From: Fidelibacterota bacterium
GTDB taxonomy: Bacteria > Fidelibacterota > Marinisomatia > SCGC-AAA003-L08 > JACNLC01
NCBI GenBank assembly: GCA_024277615.1
Contig: JAJRUW010000075.1
Coordinates: 11,012-75,011 of the forward strand
Reading direction: 5' to 3'
DNA length: 64,000 nucleotides
The notes below the pieces were generated by a model that had not been told where the DNA came from, ran no database searches, and was given only the letters and a program-made list of their open reading frames with translations. Every line of letters begins with the position of its first letter. Position 1 is the stretch's first letter. This document shows positions 19,101 through 28,467 of the stretch, piece by piece. The translations under genes were made by a program, and so were the position numbers.

Positions 19101-22100
19101 GATGATCACACCGTTGACGGCCACGACGGCGCCATCCGGATTGGTCCCCTGTATGACCCTGACAGAATATTCACGATCATCATCGGACTGGCTGTCGTTG
19201 CCGATGGAGAGACTGAATTCCGCCGCTTCATCCGGTGGGACATCGACTTGCGCATATGGTGTCACGTTCAGCACCGGACCATCCCGCGGAACCGTACCCT
19301 GCTGCCAGGGACAGCTGCTGAAACCGCTCTGGATCTGAAATACCGGTGTGGCATACACCTGATCCCGCAAAACATCAACGGTAAAGGAGTCTCCGATGTC
19401 ATCGTCTGCCAATGTATAGCCCGTTGTAGTTGTATGTGTTGAGCTGCTTCCCCCGCCGGCGCCCATGGTAACTCCAAGGTTAATTTTGGAGCCTCCGGAA
19501 GCTCCAACACCATTGATGGTGAGCCCTAATTCCGTAGCCAGTTCGGTATTGACCTCTGCTTCAACGACATAAGTCAGATTGTTGGTTGTTTCATAAACCT
19601 CTTCATATTGATATTCTACGCCGGCGTCGAATGAGAGATTCCGGTCAAATATGGCATCCTGTTTTGTCTGCTCATTCTGGGCCACAAAACCCTGCCAGAG
19701 GGCGGCGGAGACCGTGTCGCCTATCGTGATAAGGTTGGGGATGACTTCTTCCTCAATCTGGAATTCGGAATAAAAATAGGTTGTGGCGAACCCGTTGGGT
19801 GCAATGATGATATTGGCCGAATCGGCCGGTGAGCAGGTATTGTTATCGATGTACATAACATCGGTAACCCCGTAAAGCAGGTTCATAGCGCCTCCCATGT
19901 AAACATCACCCGCTCTGCCAACCGTAGAAACCGTCTCTGTTGTTGTCCAGGTCCAGACTTGTTCGTCCGCTGAAGCCGTGTGCATATTTATGCTGATGCT
20001 GGAAGTGAAGTCTGCAGTGACGTCAACATTGGTCCCGACGCTGATGAAAGGTGTGCCGGTTTCCATGTCGATGTCGGGTCCCAAATGTGCTGTGGCCCAT
20101 GTATTGGTACCCACATCAAGAGCTACAGAAAACTGCAATGACTGCTCAAAGGTACTGCTTTCAGACCAATAGGCGGAAGAACCGTCTCCTGGCGGTCTAT
20201 GTATGATCAGGAAGGGTATCTCCGGAGTTGTAGTCGCAAATGCCTGTTCATCCCGCGGCCTGAAGCCCACCACATAAGCCCATTCCGTTACGGTGGCCTG
20301 CCGGTTCAGCTCATCCGTGGCGATGGCCTGAATGCTTTTTTGGTAAGGATGACCACCACCACTGAGAATATTGGGAATTCCAGCCTCCACAATAATATCA
20401 ATGGCACTATCAAGAAATACAAACGTCGTATCCGTGGTTGAATTCCCAAAATCCGTAATGATTTGAACCATGCCGGTATCGATGGGACAGGTGTTGGTAT
20501 CCACGCCGCTGCTGCTGTAATTGATATAGGATTCAAAAACACTGATATTCAGGGGATAGGTTTCAAACTGATTAAGCACCCGTAAATAGCAGCTGTCAAG
20601 GGGAAAACCCGTAATGCTTACTTCGGGCAGAGCCCGGTAGATGAAATCCTTAACCCTGTCGGCTTGTCCAAGCTGAACCGTGTCACCGGAGAAGAAGTTG
20701 TCAATTGCAGGGTCAGGATGATCCACCGTGATGTTGTAAATCAAGGGGGGGAGATTCTGAAGCGACCAGGTCCCCAGGGAAGTATCCGGCACAACGGAAG
20801 TTTCGATACAGTTATTCACTGCCGTAAGAGTAACCGTAATATCACCCTGCGAAGGGGTAATGGGATATTCGCAAGCTCCGCCGGCGACAATCCCGCTAAT
20901 GTTATGAGTCATGGTGTCATCAAAATACAGGGCGGTCAGCGGCGCAGAGATCATGGGCAGTTCAATGAACGGAGGAATGAAGTCATGGTCCTGATAGCGG
21001 CAGCTCAGCAGGTCTCCGCTGGAGCCGGGTTCCAGTTCAACGATGAATTTACCATCCACATCGGTATAATTCGGGATGGGAAAAGGTTCACCGTTCAGAA
21101 GCATTTCGACGCCCTGCTGGAAACATGCTGTGTTCGCATAGCGCACATAACCGCTTACGGGGATCATGGAAATATCCGTAAAATTGACCAAATCCACAGA
21201 AGTATTACTTTGATTCAGTGTGGCCTGGCGGCTCTCGGGTTCATAAACATGTTCGAACACTTCATTCAGAGGAATGTCCATGTTCCAGGCAGCCTCGTGG
21301 ATGGTACCTGTCAGGAGATTACCGGTAGCGTCGGCAATCAAATCTCCCGATCCCTCATTCATTTTCCAGTAACCGGCAAGGCCGAATTCATCACCCACGA
21401 GAGGCAGGTTCATACTGCCGCCCACCTGGGCTTCGCTCCGGGCATAATTCCAATAACGGAATTCATCCAGTCTGCCCGAAAAATACAGGGCCGACAGCTC
21501 CGGTGCCTGACGCCCGATGACCATTTCCGAAAGATCCGGGACAGTCGTTCCCACGGCCGATGTTCCTGCGCTGGCGCCGTCAATATACAATGTCAGGTCC
21601 GTGTTATCGCAGGTCAGGGCAAAGTGGTGCCAGAGGTTATCATTAAAGGCAGTGGGGGAGATGATCTCAGTGGCATAATGTATGCCACGGACATTGCCGG
21701 CTGCAGTGAGCTCCACTGCAATTCTGGGAGAACCGTCCGCAGGATCAACGGCGGCAAAAAGGGTGGAGGCGGGTCCCCCCGCAGTCTTGAACCAACCTTC
21801 GATGGTATAGCCTGCTGTCAGATCGATCCGCTCTCCCGTGAAACTGATGTAGGAAGCTGTTCCGTTAAATACAAGTGAGCGGCCGATGGCGGTGGTCTTT
21901 GAGGGCGTAACCGTAAAAGTTGTACCGCCTGCGTAAAAGATTCCCCGTATGGCATAATTCCCTGTGCTGTCCGTCAGCGCTCCCACATATACGGGGGCCG
22001 TGAGATTATTATGGTTAACACCGCAGATTTTGCCATCGAAATTGTTATCTGTGAGATCAAAAATGGTCTCTCCTTCAGCCTCGTCAAATTTCCAGTAGGC

Positions 22101-23255
22101 GGCCAGTCCGGCTTCGTCACCGGACAGGGTGATATCCGCCTGCTTGAGCAGGTCTTCCCAACTGCGGGCCAAATTCCAGAGTCTGAAATCATCCAGACGT
22201 CCTTCAAAAAAGAGTTGTGAGGATTGCGGGTCCCGCTTACCAAGGAGGATCTCTGTTGAGTGATTAATGGGTCCGGCGGCCGCGGTACTCCCTACAATAG
22301 CGCCATCCACATACAGGGTCATGGCGTTACTCTCAAAAACTGCGGCGAGATGGTGCCATTCCGCATCTGTAGTAAAAGCGTTCACAGTGGTGATATCCGT
22401 TTCCTGACCTGCTGAAGGTCTGTGCTGCCAATGTAATTTTCCTTCGCTGTCCAGTTCTACCAAAACACTGATATTTGCCGTTGCAGAATCAACGGCTGCA
22501 AAAATTGTCTGCTGTGCCGTGACAATGGAGCGGAACCAGGTTTCGATGGTGTAATCCCCGGTGAGACCCCTAAACTGTCGATTGGCTCCACTTGTATCAT
22601 CAAAGAAATAGATATAGCTGCTGCCATCAAACTCGGCAGAACGTCCCAGGTTCGGCGTAAGCATTACCTTTGTATCCAGCATGGGATTGCCGCTGCGGGT
22701 CTCCACATGGCCCGTGATGACACCGTTGGGGTTCAGAAATCCGATATCATTTTGCGCATAGCTGACGCCCATATCATTGCCGCTGGTGACGCCATAATTA
22801 TAGTACTCACCTGCAAATACATTCATATCCTGATATTGGGTCTGTTCAACAGGGAGTTGGGTGAGCACATAGCCGTTGCGGTAGAGTGTCACCGAACTAT
22901 CCGTAACCGGCGGTCCTGTACGATCATCCTCCACCGTCCATTCAACCAGAACCATGTTTTGAAAATCGCCGTCCGAGGCTCTTACCAGGGGAGGTCGGGG
23001 CTCTTTGAGATAAAAGCCCCAGAAACCTAAAGCTGCACTGTTTTCCGAATAATTGGTGGCAGTGCCAATGAAAGGCTGGCCTAAGGTCATGAAAGTGCTG
23101 TACTGGTTATTGGTCATGCTGCCGGAAACCAGTGCATTGTTCAGTGTGGTGTAGGGCACCGAATAGTTTGGCTCACAGGTTTCCTGGGCCGCCAGCGCTA
23201 TGGGCAGGATCAGGATGATAGCTGATAGAAATTGCCTTTGAAATCGTTTATACAT
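16197..23255 (-). CDS. giant secreted protein (2352 aa) with two LamG/concanavalin-A-like (Laminin_G_3-type) domains, 2 unknown ~110-aa modules and a T9SS C-terminal sorting domain
   Basis: Signal peptide. LamG signatures ..WHHLAAVF..LYVDG..GRLDDFRLWNLARS (about 22160-22634) and ..WHHFALTC..LYIDG..GRLDEFRYWNYARS (about 21431-21872). C-terminal NYPNPFNPVTAIEYSLP...HKLALVK. Confidence 0.85.
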   Translation of the reverse strand: MYKRFQRQFLSAIILILPIALAAQETCEPNYSVPYTTLNNALVSGSMTNNQYSTFMTLGQPFIGTATNYSENSAALGFWGFYLKEPRPPLVRASDGDFQNMVLVEWTVEDDRTGPPVTDSSVTLYRNGYVLTQLPVEQTQYQDMNVFAGEYYNYGVTSGNDMGVSYAQNDIGFLNPNGVITGHVETRSGNPMLDTKVMLTPNLGRSAEFDGSSYIYFFDDTSGANRQFRGLTGDYTIETWFRSIVTAQQTIFAAVDSATANISVLVELDSEGKLHWQHRPSAGQETDITTVNAFTTDAEWHHLAAVFESNAMTLYVDGAIVGSTAAAGPINHSTEILLGKRDPQSSQLFFEGRLDDFRLWNLARSWEDLLKQADITLSGDEAGLAAYWKFDEAEGETIFDLTDNNFDGKICGVNHNNLTAPVYVGALTDSTGNYAIRGIFYAGGTTFTVTPSKTTAIGRSLVFNGTASYISFTGERIDLTAGYTIEGWFKTAGGPASTLFAAVDPADGSPRIAVELTAAGNVRGIHYATEIISPTAFNDNLWHHFALTCDNTDLTLYIDGASAGTSAVGTTVPDLSEMVIGRQAPELSALYFSGRLDEFRYWNYARSEAQVGGSMNLPLVGDEFGLAGYWKMNEGSGDLIADATGNLLTGTIHEAAWNMDIPLNEVFEHVYEPESRQATLNQSNTSVDLVNFTDISMIPVSGYVRYANTACFQQGVEMLLNGEPFPIPNYTDVDGKFIVELEPGSSGDLLSCRYQDHDFIPPFIELPMISAPLTALYFDDTMTHNISGIVAGGACEYPITPSQGDITVTLTAVNNCIETSVVPDTSLGTWSLQNLPPLIYNITVDHPDPAIDNFFSGDTVQLGQADRVKDFIYRALPEVSITGFPLDSCYLRVLNQFETYPLNISVFESYINYSSSGVDTNTCPIDTGMVQIITDFGNSTTDTTFVFLDSAIDIIVEAGIPNILSGGGHPYQKSIQAIATDELNRQATVTEWAYVVGFRPRDEQAFATTTPEIPFLIIHRPPGDGSSAYWSESSTFEQSLQFSVALDVGTNTWATAHLGPDIDMETGTPFISVGTNVDVTADFTSSISINMHTASADEQVWTWTTTETVSTVGRAGDVYMGGAMNLLYGVTDVMYIDNNTCSPADSANIIIAPNGFATTYFYSEFQIEEEVIPNLITIGDTVSAALWQGFVAQNEQTKQDAIFDRNLSFDAGVEYQYEEVYETTNNLTYVVEAEVNTELATELGLTINGVGASGGSKINLGVTMGAGGGSSSTHTTTTGYTLADDDIGDSFTVDVLRDQVYATPVFQIQSGFSSCPWQQGTVPRDGPVLNVTPYAQVDVPPDEAAEFSLSIGNDSQSDDDREYSVRVIQGTNPDGAVVAVNGVIIQSSLNFFVPAGEVLDAVMTIARGPEAYIYNDLMIQLVPPCEYESWQAGWPLVLADTVSVSVEFQVPCSESHIAVPEDGWLVAGDFGSDSVWVTVDGYDRYDANLLRIDLQYRENTAVRDLAGDYDISMPAADDIAPIYPLLTSFDGEHDISDFAPGQPRSLLANLEGIRDENNGERVGDWFTTASVQAENLIDDYVLLPFNISPAIIIDNAYQLRAVAVCDAGLVPGTSNIVSGIIDRNPPELLGNPAPVNGILGPDDDIAITFNEDLQCGAINVGAGDITLMNTVTGNPIDFTFTCGGNTIVINPNIENTFIENQTLRASVGPVEDLYGNRSSDPVQWEFFVNRNPLAWVGNAINNVVIWVEDSFQTTRTLMNVGGSNRSYEITNIPDWLTVFPTGGILPPGGAETITFVLNQEPGAGHYIQTVYAHGTMGDEPMPVDIRVLCHPPTWEFSPMNYEYSMNIIALLSVDDVLSEDTYDKVAVFVGDELRGLQNVQYVPELENIPNTHAYQVYLTVFSNQVDGEDLAIQVWDASACSLMGQVIENYTFVANDVLGTPTAPVTISATNQIIQSFDFAPGWSWFSLNVTPADAGINNILASLSPAVDDQIKAQNSYSQFAGSYGWLGTLTSLSNQSMYMIHLSNIDTLVAAGYPVDLETESIPISNGWNWIGYLPQMTYNVNDALLSLISFTGDLIKSTESFSMYLEGVGWLGNLNFMNPQYGYKLYAQNAGTLTYPMPGELLPRMEAKRSPTPAESNSQNWLVDPMAFQSNMSVVAQVRIDSAVLEDPDMLLGAFDGLACRGVGQPVFLPEMNRYLFFLTLYGDLDNSNLRLQLYSPILDKTIALAETIPYQADGILGSPDDPLILTGTTNPGVLLPHNFSLSQNYPNPFNPVTAIEYSLPVDVKVSLIIYNLHGEVVRILVDEFQSAGYKTVTWRGEDQSGSAVPSGIYFYRLTAGDFSANHKLALVK

Positions 23256-23310
23256 TGTCTTCCTCCAAAAGATTGGTCGATTAATGTTCAGTTTTGGGTA
23301 AGAAGGTCTG

Positions 23311-24870
23311 TTAACGATTCTCCAGAGCTTCGAGACGCTGCCGCAGATCGTTGATCAGAGCGTTTTGTGCTTCAATTTCCGCCTGTTGCTCCTGAATGGC
23401 AGCGGTGAGAATCGGGATCATACCGATCTGGTTGACGCCCTTGTAATGGATTTCCACCATATCCGGTTCAGCTTCCACATTGTCACCATTCTTGTTATAG
23501 ACATTAACTTCGTCTTTCACAAGTTCAGGGAATATTTCTTCAAGTTCCTGGGCGATGAAGCCGAATTGTGTCCCGGCGGGCAGGTTCATCTTCTCTGCCT
23601 CTCCGGTATGTTTGTAATTGTAGGTGTGGACTTTGATCTGTCCAATCCGGTTCAAAACAGGGTCCACAGGCTGCACATCGGTTTTGAATTTACGATCAGA
23701 TGGACCTGTCAGCGAGCCAGTGTAGTGCAGATCACCTTCAAAATAGCCTGCATAGTTAGTAGAGTTAGCATATATTGCGGCACCGGCAGAGTTCGGTGAG
23801 GAATTTAAAAACCACCCCGTTCTTAGTTGATCACTCAAAACTTCAAGGGGATAGCCGGAGGTTGTCCCAATCCATAATGAATTAGCAACTAAGGAGCCAT
23901 TAACTTGTAATTGAGCATTTGGTGTGTTACTACCGATACCAATACCGACTTTACCGGCAAATATCGCTGATATATTAGCATCAGATGGGTCCAGATAGTA
24001 GTTGTTATCATCTTTATCCAGGAAGATCGAACCGCTAATATCTCCATTTACATCCAGTTTAACAACCGGGGCATTAAGTCCGTTGCCAATACCTACATTG
24101 CCATTATTGGCCACCAGTATCTCTGTTGTGTTACCCACCTTAAACTGAACCTCTCCGGAACCATTATTATCGGCATCTGTCGTGATTACTGTGTTCCCGT
24201 TGCTGGTGAGGGAACTGGCAGAACCTCCAAAAAAAGCACTCGACAGCGAGCTGCCGTCACTAAACATAATCGCGCCGCCATTGCGCATTTTAAGATTCCC
24301 GTTGATGTCGAGGGCTTCTGCAGGTGTGGATACACGCACACCAAAATTGCCGGCGGGGTCAACGACTATGATGTCCTCACCGTTGGATTGTTCGATGTGC
24401 AGCTTTGTGTCAGCAGAATCTGCGATAATATGGAGAGCAGCATCAGGGCTGAAGGTACCCACACCCACGGGTCCTACGGACGGGAAAACATTTTCCGAAC
24501 CCAGCACGGACATGGCGGCCGGTGATTTCAACAGCTTGAAACGGGGTTCCAGTTCCACACCGCCCTCGATGGAAAGACCCAGCCAGTAAGTTGTATCGAA
24601 GGGGAGAGCATCCAGGGGAGTAACTGACCCCAGCTCGGCATTGTACACACCGTGTAGCACCTGAACGCTGCCCTGGGTTTCTTCCCACAGAGCTGTTCCG
24701 CCGGTCGCCTGATCATACAGGCGGAAGGTCATGGCATAGGTCCCGTCTGAAACGGTTTTACCGAGAGGGTCTCTTAAGACTCCCTGTACGCTGATAGTAT
24801 CGGCACAGAGAAGGGTGATCATCATGCAGAAAAGAAGATAATACAAACTCGTTTTTAAGGTTGATTTCAT
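23311..24870 (-). CDS. tail-fibre-like surface protein with C-terminal Peptidase_S74 intramolecular-chaperone (auto-processing) domain
   Basis: Signal peptide. N-terminal ISVQGVLRDPLGKTV..FRLYD..GGTALWEE module. Gly/Asn-rich beta-helix-like middle region. C-terminal SDRKFKTDVQPV...FGFIAQELEEIFPELV plus the coiled coil AAIQEQQAEIEAQNALINDLRQRLEALE. AAGGAG Shine-Dalgarno sequence upstream. Confidence 0.8.
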   Translation of the reverse strand: MKSTLKTSLYYLLFCMMITLLCADTISVQGVLRDPLGKTVSDGTYAMTFRLYDQATGGTALWEETQGSVQVLHGVYNAELGSVTPLDALPFDTTYWLGLSIEGGVELEPRFKLLKSPAAMSVLGSENVFPSVGPVGVGTFSPDAALHIIADSADTKLHIEQSNGEDIIVVDPAGNFGVRVSTPAEALDINGNLKMRNGGAIMFSDGSSLSSAFFGGSASSLTSNGNTVITTDADNNGSGEVQFKVGNTTEILVANNGNVGIGNGLNAPVVKLDVNGDISGSIFLDKDDNNYYLDPSDANISAIFAGKVGIGIGSNTPNAQLQVNGSLVANSLWIGTTSGYPLEVLSDQLRTGWFLNSSPNSAGAAIYANSTNYAGYFEGDLHYTGSLTGPSDRKFKTDVQPVDPVLNRIGQIKVHTYNYKHTGEAEKMNLPAGTQFGFIAQELEEIFPELVKDEVNVYNKNGDNVEAEPDMVEIHYKGVNQIGMIPILTAAIQEQQAEIEAQNALINDLRQRLEALENR

Positions 24871-25275
24871 GTTGTGCTCCTTTTGATTAAAAATATTAAT
24901 TTTGTTCGATTACCAGGAAAATCATCATTTTGGGTAAAAAAATCAAAGCATTCATACCATCAAACATTTGCCTTGAACCGGATCCGGGGCGGAACGATCG
25001 AATGGACAACCTGTGGGAATCTCGGACCAAGAAGTATTATGGCCAATAAATTAACATGGCTAACTCCGGATTAGCGAAAACACTTACATGACCACATTAG
25101 CTATGTATTAATTTAATAATGTTTAACTATATTCACAATCAAAATATTTAATATTTTATTCAACTTTTGGTAATCCAAATGTCAAGGGACATGGGGTAGA
25201 TTTATCCGCGTTGCTCCGAAGTCTGATCTTTGAATGTCTGCAAATTGGCAGGCTGTACAGCTGATACCGCTCCGG

Positions 25276-26679
25276 TCAGCGGTCAAAGTGGGTAATAGTA
25301 TTCTCCAGAATATCCCAGTAGTCGAAAATTTGGCTGACATAGCGAACGGGTTCGGTTCCCCGGGCATAGCCATGCTTCAGGCCTGAATAATATTTTTCCT
25401 GGCACAGGTAAGGCAGCACCTTTCCCAAATCCGCCCAGCTGTTTGGATTGTATCCGAGGTCCTCAGCGAGTTTACGGGCGTCCTGCATGTGTCCCGTGCC
25501 AATATTGTAAGCGGCCAGAGCGTAGGGGATGCGGTCGGATTCATAGAGGTCATCGGGCACATTCCGCAACAATCTGGAAAGATATTTTGCCCCGCCCATG
25601 ATACTTTGTTCCGGGTCAAGCCGGCTGGTAACGCCAACATTCTTAGCTGTGTCGAGGGTCAGCATCATGATACCCCTGACTCCCGTTGGACTTTTGGCGC
25701 GTTTTCGCCAGTGAGATTCCTGATAAGCCTGAGCAGCCAGAAGTGTCCAGGGGAGTCCGAATCGTTCACCTGCTGTAATGAAATAATCTTTATATATGGG
25801 CAGACGTGTCTCAATGCGGTCATGAAATTTGCGGATGTCCACGTAATCAAAAATATCTACAAAACTATAATATTTGATCTCAAGGTCTTTGAGTTTCCCG
25901 CTCTCGCGATATTGGTTTAACCAGCTTTCAATCAGCGGATACAGTTTTCGATTTTTTTTAGCTAGGACCCAGGCCAGCGCTTGTTTTTGACTGATGGAAA
26001 AGCCAATCTGTAATTCGGGGAAGTAGCGTCTGTTTAAAGCTGCGATATTATCATCGGCGATTGTAAAATCTATCTCACCCGTCCACACCTTGTACATGAG
26101 CTGATCGGTGGAGATATTCTCTGTTCTTCTCCAGGAAAGTTCCGGATAGGTTTTCTTTAGATTCTTCAGCAGTTCTTCATAGCTGCTGTTTGAGACAACT
26201 TCAAGTGTCCCTTTTGCAAGGTCGCTAATATTCCGGGGCTGCGGATTCCCGCGCTTATAGATAACAACCTGCTGTACCGTATAATAATCAGGGCCGAAAA
26301 AATATTTTTCTTCACGGTCGGCTGTTCTTGAGATAGCCCCGGAACCCAAATCACAGAATCCTGCGTTGACCGCATCCAAAAGATTGGTCAGGCCGGTTTT
26401 TACATCCAGTTCCAGCTCAACACCGAGATATTCGGCAAATTCTTTAAGCATCTCGTACTCGAACCCTTTTTGTCCCTCACGCCCTTCGTAATAAATGGTG
26501 GGAGCATTGCGGATAGCAACGATGAGCTTTCCTTTTTTATGAATCCTGTAAAGCAACATAGTGGGGGAGGTGAGGAATAAATACAGGCCTGCAATCAGGA
26601 GGAGACCGAAGATGATCCGGATTGATTTGGCTCTGATGAGCCTCAACAGGGGATTAAGCTTGATTTTATCGGTTCTCAC
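25276..26679 (-). CDS. mltF: membrane-bound lytic murein transglycosylase F (SBP_bac_3 domain + SLT domain)
   Basis: N-terminal TM anchor and a family-3 solute-binding fold. SLT catalytic region LLAAQAYQESHWRKRAKSPTGVRGIMMLT...AYNIGTGH. Confidence 0.85.
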   Translation of the reverse strand: MRTDKIKLNPLLRLIRAKSIRIIFGLLLIAGLYLFLTSPTMLLYRIHKKGKLIVAIRNAPTIYYEGREGQKGFEYEMLKEFAEYLGVELELDVKTGLTNLLDAVNAGFCDLGSGAISRTADREEKYFFGPDYYTVQQVVIYKRGNPQPRNISDLAKGTLEVVSNSSYEELLKNLKKTYPELSWRRTENISTDQLMYKVWTGEIDFTIADDNIAALNRRYFPELQIGFSISQKQALAWVLAKKNRKLYPLIESWLNQYRESGKLKDLEIKYYSFVDIFDYVDIRKFHDRIETRLPIYKDYFITAGERFGLPWTLLAAQAYQESHWRKRAKSPTGVRGIMMLTLDTAKNVGVTSRLDPEQSIMGGAKYLSRLLRNVPDDLYESDRIPYALAAYNIGTGHMQDARKLAEDLGYNPNSWADLGKVLPYLCQEKYYSGLKHGYARGTEPVRYVSQIFDYWDILENTITHFDR

Positions 26680-26989
26680 TGTAGCCTAATTTAGCAACTA
26701 CAGCCGAAGATTACCAAGTTCTTGGAAACGTCTTGCGCTGCGCTGTTTCCGGGTTTTTTATGAGGAATTCACCAGCTCAATATTAATTGAATTATGTGAA
26801 TAATTCCGATTGTTTCAAGCTTTAACTGACATGGAATAAATGAATTCATTCTGTTCATATATTACTTTATTCATTTAAATACAGCAAATGCATAAAGTAT
26901 GTCATGAGGTAGATATTCATGCTTATGAAAGTAAATTATATCTTCGGTCCCGGTCTGATGCAATAGCGGATTTATTCGCTAACGGAGCT

Positions 26990-27915
26990 TTATTCATCAA
27001 ACAGCTTGTGGTAAAAATGGCAATAAGGTGTCTCGCCGTTGTTTTGATAATAATCCTGATGATATGCTTCTGCCTCCCAGAATTTCGCAGCAGGTAATAG
27101 CTGAGTTGCTACATCTAAACCTTTATTTCTCAGACGTCCGATGAGGTTTTCGGCGATTTTTTTCTGCTGCTTATCGAAATAGAAGATTTTGGAAAGATAT
27201 TGTGCGCCGATGTCAGGCCCCTGTCCGTTTTTTTGCGTTGGGTCATGGGTTTCAAAAAAAAGTTTTGTAAGCTCTTCGTATGAAATTACCTCGGGATCAA
27301 AGGTAACCTTTACGGCTTCAACATGGCCGGTCGTACCCGAACTGACAGCCTGATAGTCGGGATCTTTCAGCTTTCCGCCGGTATATCCCACAGTGGTGGA
27401 TAGCACTCCCTGGGCTTTTTGAAAATAGAATTCAGTGCCCCAGAAACAGCCTGAGGCAAAAATAGCGGTTTCGATCGCTTCACGTTTAACGGCCGCCTGA
27501 AAATCCAGTGAAAGTGAATTGACACAATAGCGTGTATTCCGTGGAGTGAATCCCTCGCCGGTAAAGACGTGGCCCAAATGTCCGCCGCAATTTGCACAAA
27601 GAATCTCTGTGCGTCTGCCATCTGCATCGGATACTTTTTTATGGCATTCGGAATTGCGGCATCAAAACTCGGCCACCCGCATTGGGCATCAAATTTATCC
27701 GACGATCGATACAACTCCGCACCGCAGCGTTTGCAGGTATAAACACCATTTTCATCAAAATCATAATATTTGCCCGAAAAAGGTGCTTCGGTCCCCTTGT
27801 CGATTATGATGGCCTTTTCGGCTTCAGTGAGTGGGTTGAATTTCATATTATTATCTCCTGCAGTGACGAATAGTATAAATCCTGCCATCAGCAAGGTACG
27901 AATGCAATATTTCAT
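26990..27915 (-). pseudogene. msrAB: fused peptide-methionine sulfoxide reductase MsrB-MsrA, interrupted by a -1 frameshift in an A6 run
   Basis: ORF 27367..27915 carries the MsrB N-half ([26 protein letters not shown]). ORF 26990..27577 carries the MsrB end plus full MsrA ([20 protein letters not shown]...[10 protein letters not shown]...). Adding one A to the run at 27635-27640 reads [28 protein letters not shown] continuously. The start is 27915 (signal-peptide-like) or ATG 27846, which is preceded by GGAGAT. Confidence 0.85.
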
Positions 27916-28194
27916 GGCCTTTCATTCCTTATCAGTTTATGTAATCCTTTTAAATATTGTGGTAATATCTGCCCTAAATTACAAAAAGCTCATGAAATGC
28001 CCTTTAATAATTATGTTTCAGATCGTATAATGGTTTTATTCGATGAGGTTTAATTGCACTTAAAATATTACTCTTTTCCCTAAGACAGAAGTTTTATTAA
28101 GAATGTAAATGGTTTTAAAATTGGGCCTTGGTTTTTGGCAGTATTCTGCTCCATAGGCTGATTTGATGCGGAGTTGACTGCAAAATATTATATT

Positions 28195-28269
28195 CGGGGT
28201 GTAGCGCAGCCCGGTTAGCGCGCATCGTTCGGGACGATGAGGTCGGAGGTTCAAATCCTCTCACCCCGA
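28195..28269 (+). tRNA. tRNA-Pro (anticodon CGG)
   Basis: Hand-folded 75-nt cloverleaf. Acceptor CGGGGTG/CACCCCG, D-arm GCGC-AGCCCGGTTA-GCGC, anticodon arm CATCG-TTCGGGA-CGATG, T-arm GGAGG-TTCAAAT-CCTCT, discriminator A. No encoded CCA. Confidence 0.9.
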
Positions 28270-28467
28270 CTGAAAAGTCAATTTCGGAGCTCAAGACGGT
28301 TTTCAGCACAGCTTAAATGTATTCGATATTTACTTGATTATTTTTACGACCGGGTACCCATGGCCGGGCATCCGATGCAGACTAGATTATTCAGCGGTTG
28401 GTCAGTATAAAATTGTAATCGACTGTTAATTTTCAAACTTGGATTCTCAAAAAAATAAAATACTTTA

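Noticed and set aside
20664-21878. 404-aa plus-strand ORF (and similar ones at 15318..15887, 16692..17183, 24182..24589, 53771..54223, 60750..61313) antisense to large genes
   Set aside because: They lie wholly inside much longer minus-strand ORFs with recognisable domains. They show low-complexity, Arg/Gly/Ile-rich composition typical of antisense frames and have no Shine-Dalgarno context.
23311-24870. Prophage or phage remnant, suggested by the tail-fibre/S74 protein
   Set aside because: No integrase, terminase, capsid, portal, baseplate or lysis genes lie within the flanking 10 kb. The neighbours are T9SS adhesins and mltF, and the protein has its own signal peptide.
26735-26775. Hairpin GGAAAC-15 nt-GTTTCC followed by GGGTTTTTT, resembling an intrinsic terminator
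   Set aside because: The T-run follows the stem only on the + strand, yet both neighbouring genes (msrBA, mltF) are on the - strand. The orientation does not fit a terminator for either gene. It is left unannotated.
28060-28309. Two 64-aa minus-strand ORFs around 28.1-28.3 kb
   Set aside because: They overlap the well-folded tRNA-Pro gene on the opposite strand (for example ..GFEPPTSSSRTMRANRAALHP is a tRNA antisense read-through) and are spurious.
28270-28467. Possible T-box or leader element upstream of leuS (and upstream of pheS)
   Set aside because: No specifier-loop or T-box consensus (AGGGUGGNACCGCG-like) is recognisable. pheS follows rplT by 3 nt, leaving no room for a leader.
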